NCBI GenBank assembly: GCA_036502805.1
Contig: DASXXY010000386.1
Location: 1 to 36,172, forward strand
Reading direction: 5' to 3'
From: Gaiellales bacterium
GTDB taxonomy: Bacteria; Actinomycetota; Thermoleophilia; Gaiellales; JALYLC01
DNA: 36,172 nt
The number at the start of each line of letters is the position of its first letter. The first letter of the stretch is position 1. This document shows, in pieces, positions 16,259-23,454 of this stretch. The notes beneath the pieces are model-generated. The model was not told where the DNA came from. It made no database searches and saw only the letters and a program-made list of their open reading frames with translations. A program made the translations under genes and the position numbers.

Positions 16259-18220
16259 TTACTTCGCGGCGAGGATGCCGTGCAGGACGACGTTGCGGCC
16301 GAGCGTGCCGCCGTTGCCGTTCTTGTCGCGCGCGACGACGATCAGCGTCGCCTTGCGCCAGGCACCGCCGGCGAGCGCGGTGCGGCCCGGGGCCTTGAGC
16401 GGGACGGTCACGACGTGCGAGCGCCCGGCCGCGACCTTGACCGCCGCATGGGCGATCACGGGGCCGCGCGGGCCGCCGAGGCGGATCGTCGCGATGCCGG
16501 CGCAGCCGCCGAGCGTGTGGGCGTCGCACGAGAGCGTGGCGCGGGCCGTGCCGGCGCGCACCTTGAGCGGGCCCGCGGCGAGCCGCACGACCGGGCCGGT
16601 GCCGTCGCGCGTGACGCGCACGGTGATCGTCGCGGGCGTGAGCGCGCCCGAGCCGTCGCTGACCTTGACCGTGAACGCGTCGAGGCCCTTGAAGCCCGCC
16701 TTCGGCCTGTAGGTCACCGCGGCGCCCTTGATCAGGGTCAGGCTGCCGTGCGTGGCCTTCGTGTCGATGCTGTAGGTGAGCGCGTCGCCGTTCGGATCGG
16801 TGCACGGCAGCAGCAGCTGCGTCGGCACGCCGACGCCCGCGCGCAGCTCGCGCGTGAGGCACGTCGGGGGCGCCTGGCGGGCGAAGCCGACGAGGCCGCC
16901 CGTGTTGGCGGCCGCGTACAGCACGTTGCCCTCCGGCGCGATCGCGAGCGACGTCGTGGCGCCGAGCTGCGCCACGACCTGGCAGCCGGCGGCCGCGGTC
17001 GTCGCGATGCAGCCCGCGGGTGCGGGGATCGCGGCGAGCAGGCCGGTCGTGACGTCGCGGCTGAGCGTGACGATCGTGCCGTCAGCGGCCGTGCCGACGG
17101 TCAGGCTCGTGCCGTCCGCGCCGATCGCGAGCGCGTCCGGCGCGGTCATCAGCGGCGCTGCGGCGCAGTCGGCGATGCCCTGGCCGATGCAGCCGGCCGT
17201 GGCCGCGGGCTGCGCGAGCGCGCCCGTGGCGTCGCGCTGCAGGATCGCGACGGCGTTGCCGGCGGAGGACGCGACGTAGACGTCGCGGCCGTTGGCGCCG
17301 ACCGCGAGTGCGGACGGCTGCGCCAGCGAGCGCCCGGTCGTGCAGCCGAGGCCGCCCGCGAGGCGCGTGCAGCCGTTCAGGCCGGGCTGCTGCGAGAGCG
17401 CGCCGGTCGTCGCGTCGCGCTGCAGGATCGCGACGGCATCGGCGTTCTTGGCCGCCGCGTAGATCGTCAGTCCGTCGGGCGAGACCGCGAGCGCATCGGC
17501 GCCGGCGAGCGCGCGGCCGGCCGAGCAGGCGCCCGAGTCGTCGCCGCCGCGGATGCAGGCCTGCTTGCCGCCGAGCTGCAGCAGCGCGCCGCCGGTCGGG
17601 TCGATCGAGAAGGCTGCCACGGCGTCGGCGTCACGGCCGGCGACGTAGAGGCTGCGGCCGTCCTGCGTGATCGCGAGCGCGCTCGCGCCCAGCAGGCCGA
17701 CGCCCGAGGCGCAGCCGCCGAGGCCGCCCGGGCGCACGCACCCGGCCGCGCCCTTGAGCTGCGTCAGCGCGCCGGTCTTGACGTCCCGCGCGAAGCCCGT
17801 GACGGAGTTCGCGACCGACGAGGTCGCGTAGAGGAACTTGCCGCCCGGCGCGAGCGCGAGCTGCGAGACGCCGCTCAGCCCGACCGCGTTGGAGCAGCCG
17901 CCGACCGACGAGGAGACGCAGCCGAGGGGGCCCGCGAGCTGCGTCAGCGCGCCCGTCTTCGGATCGCGCGAGAAGGCGGCGATGGACGTGCCGCCGCCGG
18001 CGTAGAGCGTCTTGCCGTCGGTGCTCATGACGACCGCCTGCGTGCTCTCGAGACCCGGTGCGGTCGTGCACCCGGTGGCGGGAGACTGCGCGAAGCAGAG
18101 CTGCGGCGTGGCGAACGGCGTCAGCGAGCCTGGCGGCCCGGCTGCGGCTTGCGCGCTGGCGAACGGCGCGAGGATCGCGAGCAGCGATCCGCTGAGGAGA
18201 GCCCGTACATGAAGCTTCAT
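16259..18220 (-). CDS. secreted seven-repeat (beta-propeller-like) protein with one CxnC loop per repeat, a Big/cadherin-like Ig domain and a C-terminal beta domain
   Basis: ORF 16259..18220. Signal peptide MKLHVRALLSGSLLAILAPFASAQA. Seven repeats of about 60 aa follow the pattern C-x6-9-C..ALA(V/I)(S/A)PDG..LY(V/A)A..(N/D)AVA.F.RD..TGAL.Q. Then DPNGDALTYSIDTKATHGSLTL..VTYRPKAGFKGLDAFTVKVSDGSG. Confidence 0.8.
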   Translation of the reverse strand: MKLHVRALLSGSLLAILAPFASAQAAAGPPGSLTPFATPQLCFAQSPATGCTTAPGLESTQAVVMSTDGKTLYAGGGTSIAAFSRDPKTGALTQLAGPLGCVSSSVGGCSNAVGLSGVSQLALAPGGKFLYATSSVANSVTGFARDVKTGALTQLKGAAGCVRPGGLGGCASGVGLLGASALAITQDGRSLYVAGRDADAVAAFSIDPTGGALLQLGGKQACIRGGDDSGACSAGRALAGADALAVSPDGLTIYAAAKNADAVAILQRDATTGALSQQPGLNGCTRLAGGLGCTTGRSLAQPSALAVGANGRDVYVASSAGNAVAILQRDATGALAQPAATAGCIGQGIADCAAAPLMTAPDALAIGADGTSLTVGTAADGTIVTLSRDVTTGLLAAIPAPAGCIATTAAAGCQVVAQLGATTSLAIAPEGNVLYAAANTGGLVGFARQAPPTCLTRELRAGVGVPTQLLLPCTDPNGDALTYSIDTKATHGSLTLIKGAAVTYRPKAGFKGLDAFTVKVSDGSGALTPATITVRVTRDGTGPVVRLAAGPLKVRAGTARATLSCDAHTLGGCAGIATIRLGGPRGPVIAHAAVKVAAGRSHVVTVPLKAPGRTALAGGAWRKATLIVVARDKNGNGGTLGRNVVLHGILAAK

Positions 18221-18228
18221 GCACGGGC
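18201..18228 (-). promoter_or_regulatory. 11-bp hairpin enclosing the propeller gene start codon and codons 2-7
   Basis: Minus strand: GCCCGTGCATG AAGCTT CATGTACGGGC (one G-U pair). ATG is at 18220-18218, in the 5' arm. Confidence 0.4.
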
Positions 18229-18320
18229 GCTTCGACGCCGTTCCCGCGATTCCTGTTTGCCAAGGACCCGTCCGCGGCGGGCAGCGATCCCCGCGAACGC
18301 CCCTCCCGTCCGCGCGCGTG

Positions 18321-21119
18321 CTAGCCGGTGACGCCCTGGGCGAGCCGGCCCTTGACGCCGTGCAGGTCGGCCAGCACCTTGACCGGCGCGCGCCCGCTCG
18401 CCGCCGGCGCGTTGTCGGCCTGCGCGACCGCGACGTTGACGATCCTGCCCGGCTTCGCGTCGCTGTCGATCTTCGCCGTGATCGAGAAGATCGTCGCGGA
18501 GTGCGCCTTGGCGACGTTCAGGTGCCAGCACGCACGGCCCTTGCTGAACGTCGCGCCCGGCGCGGCGACGTAGACGAGCTCGGCCGGCAGCGTGTCGCAG
18601 AGGTCGACGCCCTTCGCGTCGACGTCCGACGGCACCGTCAGCGTGAGCGAGAAGACGACGGTGTCGCCGGGCGCCGCGGACGTCGGCGAGGCCGTCTTCC
18701 GCACCTGCAGGCGCGAGAGCGGCGGCGCCGTGATCGTCACGGTCGCGTCGTCGCTGTTGTTCGCGAGGTTGGAGTCGGGCGTGGTCGAGGCGACGGTCGC
18801 GACGTTGCGCTTCGTGCCCGTGGCCGTGCCGGCCGGGATGCCGGCGACGACCGTGATCGAGACGCTCTGGCCCTTTGCGAGGTCGCCGAGCGCGCACGTC
18901 ACGGAGCTGCCGGCGAGGCCGCAGGCGGCCGGCGCGACCGACACGAAGGCGAGGCCGGCGGGCAGCGGGTCGGAGACCTGGACGCCCTTCGCGGTGGACG
19001 GCCCGTTGTTCGTCACGAGCAGCGTGTACGTCACGTCGACGCCCGCCGGCGTGCTCAGCGGCACGACGGTCTTGACGATCGCGACGTCCGCGCTCGACGT
19101 GATCGCGACCGTGTCGTCATCGCTGTCGTTCGTGAGGTTCTGCTCGCCGCCGCCACCGGTCACGCCCGTGTTGACGATCGTGTCGGGCGCGCTCTCGAGC
19201 ACGTTCACGAGCACCGTCACGGGCGGGAACGCCGCGCCGACGGCCAGCGGGTCGCCGCGCTCGCAGTGCAGCGAGCCGGCCGCCGGATCGACGCCGCAGG
19301 CCCAGCCGGAGCCGCTCGCGCCGACGATCCCGAGCCCGGCGGGCAGCACGTCGTCGAGCACGACGGTGCCGCTCGTCGCGCGGCCGCCGACGTTGCTCGC
19401 GAGCAGGCTGAACGTGCCCTGCTGCCCGCGCACGAACGTGCCCGTGTGCGTCTTCTGGATCGTCATGTCGGGCACGCCGCTGACGATCACGGCGGCCGGC
19501 GCGCTCGCGACGGACGTGTAGTCGATGCCGTTCTCGTCCTTGCTCGAGAGCACGGCGGTGTTGAGGATCTGCGTGCCGTCCGGCGTGCCGCCGGCGACGA
19601 CCACGTCGAACGTGACCTCGAACGACTCGCCCGGCGCGATCACGCCGCCGCCGTTCGGGAACGTCGGATCGGCGCCCGGCGGGAACGTCGCGCCCGTGCC
19701 GACGCGGAAGCGCACGGCGCCGCCCGTCAGCTCGGCCTGGTCGTCGGCGACGGCGTCCGTCTTGACCCCGGCGATGCCGCCCGGGCTCGCGACGATCCGC
19801 AGCGAGCCAGCCTCGTAGGCCGTGTGGGCGGGGATCGCGTCGTCGATGCGCGTGTCGTAGGCCGAGCTCTGGCCGGTGTTCGTCGAGCTGATGGCGTAGC
19901 GCAGCACGTCGCCCGGGACGACGTCGCCGCCGTTGAGGTCGGTGACCGTCTTCTTGAGCACCATCTCGGGCGCGTAGATGTCGGTGCGGAACCAGATCAC
20001 GCCCGGCAGGTAGCGGTCGGCCGTCGTCGAGAGCACGATGCTCGCGCTCGTGTCCCCGTTGCCGACGACCCCGGCCGGCACGGCCAGCACGCTGGCGTCG
20101 AAGCCGAGCTGGTTGGCGTAGCTCGGCGAGCTCGTCGTCACCGGCGTCCCGAGGTGGGAGATCGACGAGTCGAAGAAGTTCGTCGGCGAGTGCGCCGCAT
20201 CGCCCAGCGTGCTGCCGTCGAGCGCGAGGCCGTCGCCGTTGAGCGTCAGGTCGCCCTCGTAGCTGACGATGCCGAGCTGCGTGTTGACGGCGCCCGTGAG
20301 CGGCGTCTTGAAGCCCGAGACGGTGAGCGGCACGGTCGTGTTCGGGTCGACCTGCGCGAAGCCGTCGAAGATCGTGAGGTTGCGGGCCGGCTGCGCAGCG
20401 TCCTGGTAGGCCACGACGAGCGACCAGCCGGCGTGGCGGTCGGCGCCCGTGCCGGCCTGAACGTTGCCGACGGTGTAGGTGCCGCCGCGCCCGGCCTGCA
20501 CGAGCGAGGTGACGTTCGCGAACGCCTGGTAGCGCGTGCGCTCGTCGGCCGCGCCGTTGCCGCACGGGAGCTGCTCCGTGTAGGTGTCGAACGTGCTCGC
20601 CGTGACCGGCACGTAGCTCGCTCCTCCCGGCAGCTGCAGCCAGGCCGAGCCGGCGGCCGCCGGGTTGACGGCCGCGTGGCCGGTGCGCGCGCCGCCCGGG
20701 ATGCACTGCAGCGGCAAGGTCTCGCCGGCGTCGAGCGCGGCGCCCCAGTAGAGGCCCGCGAAGAGCACGGTGGCGCCCGCCGGGATGCTCAGGGTCGCGC
20801 TCGAGGAGTCGATCGTGGCGGGATCCGAGTCCACGTCCACGGCGCCCATGTCGAAGTAGTTGTCGTCGCCCTGCCCGCCCGCCTGGGCGTCCGCGCACGT
20901 CGTCATGTGCACACTCTCGACGGAGCCCGGCCGGCAGGTCAGCAGCGTGTTGGCGGCCTGCGCGATGTCGCCGTTCGTGTTGATCGCATAGCGCACCGTG
21001 AAGGGGCGCACGACCTGCGACGGGCTGACGGCCGCAGTCGCCTGCGCTGCGCCGCCGAGCAGCGCCGTCAGGACGATCAGACCTGCGGTGAGGCGTCCGC
21101 GTGCCATCCGGAAGTGCAT
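18321..21119 (-). CDS. large secreted surface protein: unassigned N-terminal domain of about 430 aa plus several DUF11/CARDB-like repeat domains
   Basis: ORF 18321..21227, with the start set at ATG 21119 (MHFRMARGRLTAGLIVLTALLGGAAQATA, signal peptide; GGGGGGACACGAGG upstream). Repeats have the form V.K(T).....G..V.Y...V.N.G.S.A..V.V.D.LP.G, e.g. DVAIVKTVVPLSTPAGVDVTYTLLVTNNGPSTAKGVQVSDPLPAGLAFV. No LPXTG or other anchor is seen. Confidence 0.8.
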   Translation of the reverse strand: MHFRMARGRLTAGLIVLTALLGGAAQATAAVSPSQVVRPFTVRYAINTNGDIAQAANTLLTCRPGSVESVHMTTCADAQAGGQGDDNYFDMGAVDVDSDPATIDSSSATLSIPAGATVLFAGLYWGAALDAGETLPLQCIPGGARTGHAAVNPAAAGSAWLQLPGGASYVPVTASTFDTYTEQLPCGNGAADERTRYQAFANVTSLVQAGRGGTYTVGNVQAGTGADRHAGWSLVVAYQDAAQPARNLTIFDGFAQVDPNTTVPLTVSGFKTPLTGAVNTQLGIVSYEGDLTLNGDGLALDGSTLGDAAHSPTNFFDSSISHLGTPVTTSSPSYANQLGFDASVLAVPAGVVGNGDTSASIVLSTTADRYLPGVIWFRTDIYAPEMVLKKTVTDLNGGDVVPGDVLRYAISSTNTGQSSAYDTRIDDAIPAHTAYEAGSLRIVASPGGIAGVKTDAVADDQAELTGGAVRFRVGTGATFPPGADPTFPNGGGVIAPGESFEVTFDVVVAGGTPDGTQILNTAVLSSKDENGIDYTSVASAPAAVIVSGVPDMTIQKTHTGTFVRGQQGTFSLLASNVGGRATSGTVVLDDVLPAGLGIVGASGSGWACGVDPAAGSLHCERGDPLAVGAAFPPVTVLVNVLESAPDTIVNTGVTGGGGEQNLTNDSDDDTVAITSSADVAIVKTVVPLSTPAGVDVTYTLLVTNNGPSTAKGVQVSDPLPAGLAFVSVAPAACGLAGSSVTCALGDLAKGQSVSITVVAGIPAGTATGTKRNVATVASTTPDSNLANNSDDATVTITAPPLSRLQVRKTASPTSAAPGDTVVFSLTLTVPSDVDAKGVDLCDTLPAELVYVAAPGATFSKGRACWHLNVAKAHSATIFSITAKIDSDAKPGRIVNVAVAQADNAPAASGRAPVKVLADLHGVKGRLAQGVTG

Positions 21120-21157
21120 CCTCGTGTCCCCCCTGGAACGGTGTGTCCCCGCTCGGA

Positions 21158-21181
21158 CGCGGGGCCCCTGATGGCCCCGCG
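21158..21181 (-). promoter_or_regulatory. 9-bp GC hairpin nested in an 8-bp long-range inverted repeat, 40-90 nt upstream of the DUF11 gene start
   Basis: CGCGGGGCC CCTGAT GGCCCCGCG (21158-21181). It is flanked by the direct repeat CCCGCTCGG (21148-56 and 21183-91) and the outer inverted repeat GGTGTGTC (21140-47) / GACACACC (21204-11). Confidence 0.4.
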
Positions 21182-21253
21182 ACCCGCTCGGCGGAGGGAG
21201 GGTGACACACCCCACCCAAGGTGGCAACTAGCCGCCGAAAACTCCCGAAACAA

Positions 21254-21292
21254 CCAGGTCCTCTCTGGGCCCTTCTAGGTCTTTTCTGGGTC
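21254..21292. promoter_or_regulatory. four helically phased direct repeats with core CYRGGKC, in the least GC-rich part of the 21120-21305 spacer
   Basis: CCAGGTC (21254-60), CTGGGCC (21265-71), CTAGGTC (21275-81) and CTGGGTC (21286-92), spaced 11, 10 and 11 nt. Each is preceded by a pyrimidine run (ctct/cttc/tttt). Confidence 0.4.
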
Positions 21293-21305
21293 TACGGAGC
21301 CGTTT

Positions 21306-21701
21306 TCAGACGTCGTCGATGCCGACGCCGTGGGTGGCCAGGAGCCCCTCGAGGCGCTCGCGCTCGGCGTCGTCGGCGAGCTGCTGTCGCGGCAGGCCAG
21401 GCGCGAGCAGCTGCTGCTCGAGCAGCATGGCCGTGAGCCGCAGCGCGGCCGCTCGCACGGCCGGCGCCGGCGTGCCCTCGAGCGCCGTGCGGGCCTCGGC
21501 GCCGAGCGCGCGCAGGTAGGCGCGCCAGCGTTCCGGCGTGCCGGCCAGGACGAGCTGCTCGACCTCGCGCTCGCGCGCGGCGAGCGTGCGCAGCGGGTCG
21601 CCCGGGTCGTCGAGCAGCGCGAGCAGCGCCGGACCCTCGCGCTCGATCTCCGGCGGCAGGAACAGCCAGGCGTCGAGCCGGTCGCGGCGCGAGCCGCTCA
21701 C
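21306..21701 (-). CDS. hypothetical protein (131 aa, helical, acidic/Arg-rich), translationally coupled to the Rieske oxygenase gene
   Basis: Last 131 aa of ORF 21306..22709: VSGSRRDRLDAWLFLPPEIEREGPALLALLDDPGDPLRTLAAREREVEQLV..THGVGIDDV. GC3 is high throughout. GTG 21701 overlaps the Rieske stop as GTGA. I recognise no family. Confidence 0.6.
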   Translation of the reverse strand: MSGSRRDRLDAWLFLPPEIEREGPALLALLDDPGDPLRTLAAREREVEQLVLAGTPERWRAYLRALGAEARTALEGTPAPAVRAAALRLTAMLLEQQLLAPGLPRQQLADDAERERLEGLLATHGVGIDDV

Positions 21702-22813
21702 ACGTCGTCGATGCCGGGCACCCGTTCGCGCAGGAGGTCGTGGTAGTGAGCGATCGCGCGCTCGTTGCGGTTGAGCACGCCGCGCTCGTACGTGCGCGCC
21801 CCGAGCCCGCGCTGGACGCCGGCGCAGAGCGTCTTGTCCTCGTCCATGACGGCGTCGTTGAAGCGCCAGTTGATGCGCCGCGCGACGCGGTTCGCGAGCG
21901 GCTCCTCCTCCGGCGTGAAGATCCACGACACGGTCATCGTGCGCTCCGGACCGAGCGGCACCATCTGCCAGGTGTCGTACTGGTCGGGGTAGAGGTCGAG
22001 GAAGAGCCCCGGGAAGAGGTGCGCGTAGGCCCACGTCCCGTGCAGGTCGGCCGGATAGGCCGCCATCGGCCGCACGAGGCGCTGGTAGAGGCGCTCGCGC
22101 CGCACGACGGAGGGCTTGTCGCGCAGCGGCGCGCTGATCCAGGCGTGGCGGTTGCCGAGCTGCGGGTCGTACTGCTTGTAGTCGAGCATCCGCAGCAGGC
22201 CCGGATGTCCGATCGGGATGTGGTAGCCCTCGAGGTAGTTGTCGGCGAGGTTCTTCCAGTTGTACGGGTACTCCGCGATCAGCGGCCCGCGCACCTTGAG
22301 GCCCTCGATGCCGAGCGTGCCGAGGCGCTCGCTGACGTCTCCGAACCACTCCGCGAGCGGCGGCAGGTCGGCCTCGAGCGACACGAACACGAGCCCGGCG
22401 AGCGTCTCGACGCGGAACGCCGGCAGGCGCACGCCCTCGCGGTCGAGGTCGGCGAAGCCGCGCGCCTCGGGCACGGCCGCGAGCTGCCCGTCCTGGCGGT
22501 ACGTCCAGCCGTGGTAGGGGCAGCGCAGCACCTTCGGGCACGTCCCCGTGCCGTCCAGGATCTGCATCGCGCGGTGCCGGCAGACGTTCGAGAGCGCCCG
22601 CAGCACGCCGTCGTCGCCGCGCACGATCGCGACCGGCTCGCCGGCCACGTTGGCGGTCGCGAACGAGCCCGGCTCGGCGACGACGCGCTCGGGGCACGCG
22701 AAGATCCACGAGCGCGCGAAGACGTGGTCGAGCTCGGCCTCGTAGACCGCCCTGTCGACGTAGGCGCGGGCCGGCAGCGTGTGCCGCTGGCGCTGCTCGT
22801 CGCTGACGCTCAC
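21698..22813 (-). CDS. Rieske [2Fe-2S] non-heme iron oxygenase alpha subunit (CntA/GbcA/choline-monooxygenase-like clade)
   Basis: C-terminal 371 aa of ORF 21698..23329. Rieske motif CRHRAMQILDGTGTCPKVLRCPYHGWTY. Catalytic-domain motif NWKNLADNYLEGYHIPIGHP. GTG 22813 overlaps the TetR stop as GTGA. Confidence 0.88.
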   Translation of the reverse strand: MSVSDEQRQRHTLPARAYVDRAVYEAELDHVFARSWIFACPERVVAEPGSFATANVAGEPVAIVRGDDGVLRALSNVCRHRAMQILDGTGTCPKVLRCPYHGWTYRQDGQLAAVPEARGFADLDREGVRLPAFRVETLAGLVFVSLEADLPPLAEWFGDVSERLGTLGIEGLKVRGPLIAEYPYNWKNLADNYLEGYHIPIGHPGLLRMLDYKQYDPQLGNRHAWISAPLRDKPSVVRRERLYQRLVRPMAAYPADLHGTWAYAHLFPGLFLDLYPDQYDTWQMVPLGPERTMTVSWIFTPEEEPLANRVARRINWRFNDAVMDEDKTLCAGVQRGLGARTYERGVLNRNERAIAHYHDLLRERVPGIDDV

Positions 22814-23370
22814 GGGCGCAGCTCGCGGTCGATCGCCTGGCGGACGAGCGCGCGGGCGCGGGCGCGCCCGATGCCTCCGAGCAGGGCCTGCTGGGCGAGG
22901 CCGTCGACGAGCGCGCAGAGGCGCAGCGCGATCGACTCGTCGTCGGCAGCCTCGGCGCACGCGCGGACGTGCGCGGCGACCTCCTCGACCCACGAGCGGT
23001 AGGACTCCTCGACGTCGGGTCGCAGCGCCGGCTCGTAGAGCGCGGCGCGCAGCATCTCGGACCAGATGCGCCAGCTGCGCTCGACCGCCTCGTCGTCGAC
23101 GAGGTAGGAGACGACGGCCGTCTCGAGCCGCTCGCGCGGCGTGCCGCCGCGCTCGACCGCAGCCTGGATGAAGACGTCGACCTGCTCGTCGGCGTACAGG
23201 AATGCGCGTCGCAGGAGCTCCGAGCGGGTGTCGAAGTAGTAGTGCACGAGCGCGCTCGAGACGCCTGCCGCGCGCGCCACGTCGCCCATGCGCATGCCGT
23301 CGCAGCCGCGCTCTGCGATCACGCGGCACGCCGCTCGGAGGATATCGTGGGTGCGGTCGGCGACAGCCAT
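22810..23370 (-). CDS. TetR/AcrR family transcriptional regulator
   Basis: ORF 22810..23370: ILRAACRVIAERGCDGMRMGDVARAAGVSSALVHYYFDTRSELL (TetR HTH). Confidence 0.9.
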   Translation of the reverse strand: MAVADRTHDILRAACRVIAERGCDGMRMGDVARAAGVSSALVHYYFDTRSELLRRAFLYADEQVDVFIQAAVERGGTPRERLETAVVSYLVDDEAVERSWRIWSEMLRAALYEPALRPDVEESYRSWVEEVAAHVRACAEAADDESIALRLCALVDGLAQQALLGGIGRARARALVRQAIDRELRP

Positions 23371-23371
23371 C

Positions 23372-23389
23372 TGACTGACTCGTTAGTCA
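23372..23389. promoter_or_regulatory. imperfect palindrome TGACTGAC-TC-GTTAGTCA directly abutting the TetR start codon (candidate TetR operator)
   Basis: TGACTGACTCGTTAGTCA at 23372-23389, with 7 of 8 half-site matches. It sits in the divergent TetR/tdk spacer and is unusually AT-rich for this sequence. Confidence 0.45.
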
Positions 23390-23442
23390 AACGCATCGTG
23401 ACGCCCGTGTCAAGGACGCCGGAGCGCGTCCGGCGAGTCTCG

Positions 23443-23448
23443 TAGGCT
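23443..23448 (+). promoter_or_regulatory. -10-like TAGGCT, 6 nt before the tdk GTG (possible leaderless tdk mRNA)
   Basis: ..tctcgTAGGCTgccgccGTGATC. No SD lies between the -10-like hexamer and the start. Confidence 0.3.
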
Positions 23449-23454
23449 GCCGCC

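Noticed and set aside
16259-21119. Sortase (LPXTG), PEP-CTERM, lipoprotein or S-layer anchoring signals in the two large secreted proteins, and a dedicated secretion system next to them.
   Set aside because: I read both C-termini (..VLHGILAAK and ..GRLAQGVTG) and both N-termini. Only ordinary Sec signal peptides are present, and no sortase, exosortase or secretion genes are in the window.
129-21278. Many very long ORFs in the track, e.g. 129-1196(+), 3532-5316(+), 5641-7968(+), 7338-9164(-), 9267-11168(+), 15173-18331(+), 18219-21278(+) and 19117-21219(-). Their products are Arg/Ala/Gly/Pro-rich.
   Set aside because: They lie antisense to, or out of frame with, genes that have clear family motifs. 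Their composition is what a high-GC genome yields in non-coding frames, because stop codons are rare there. None shows a recognisable motif.
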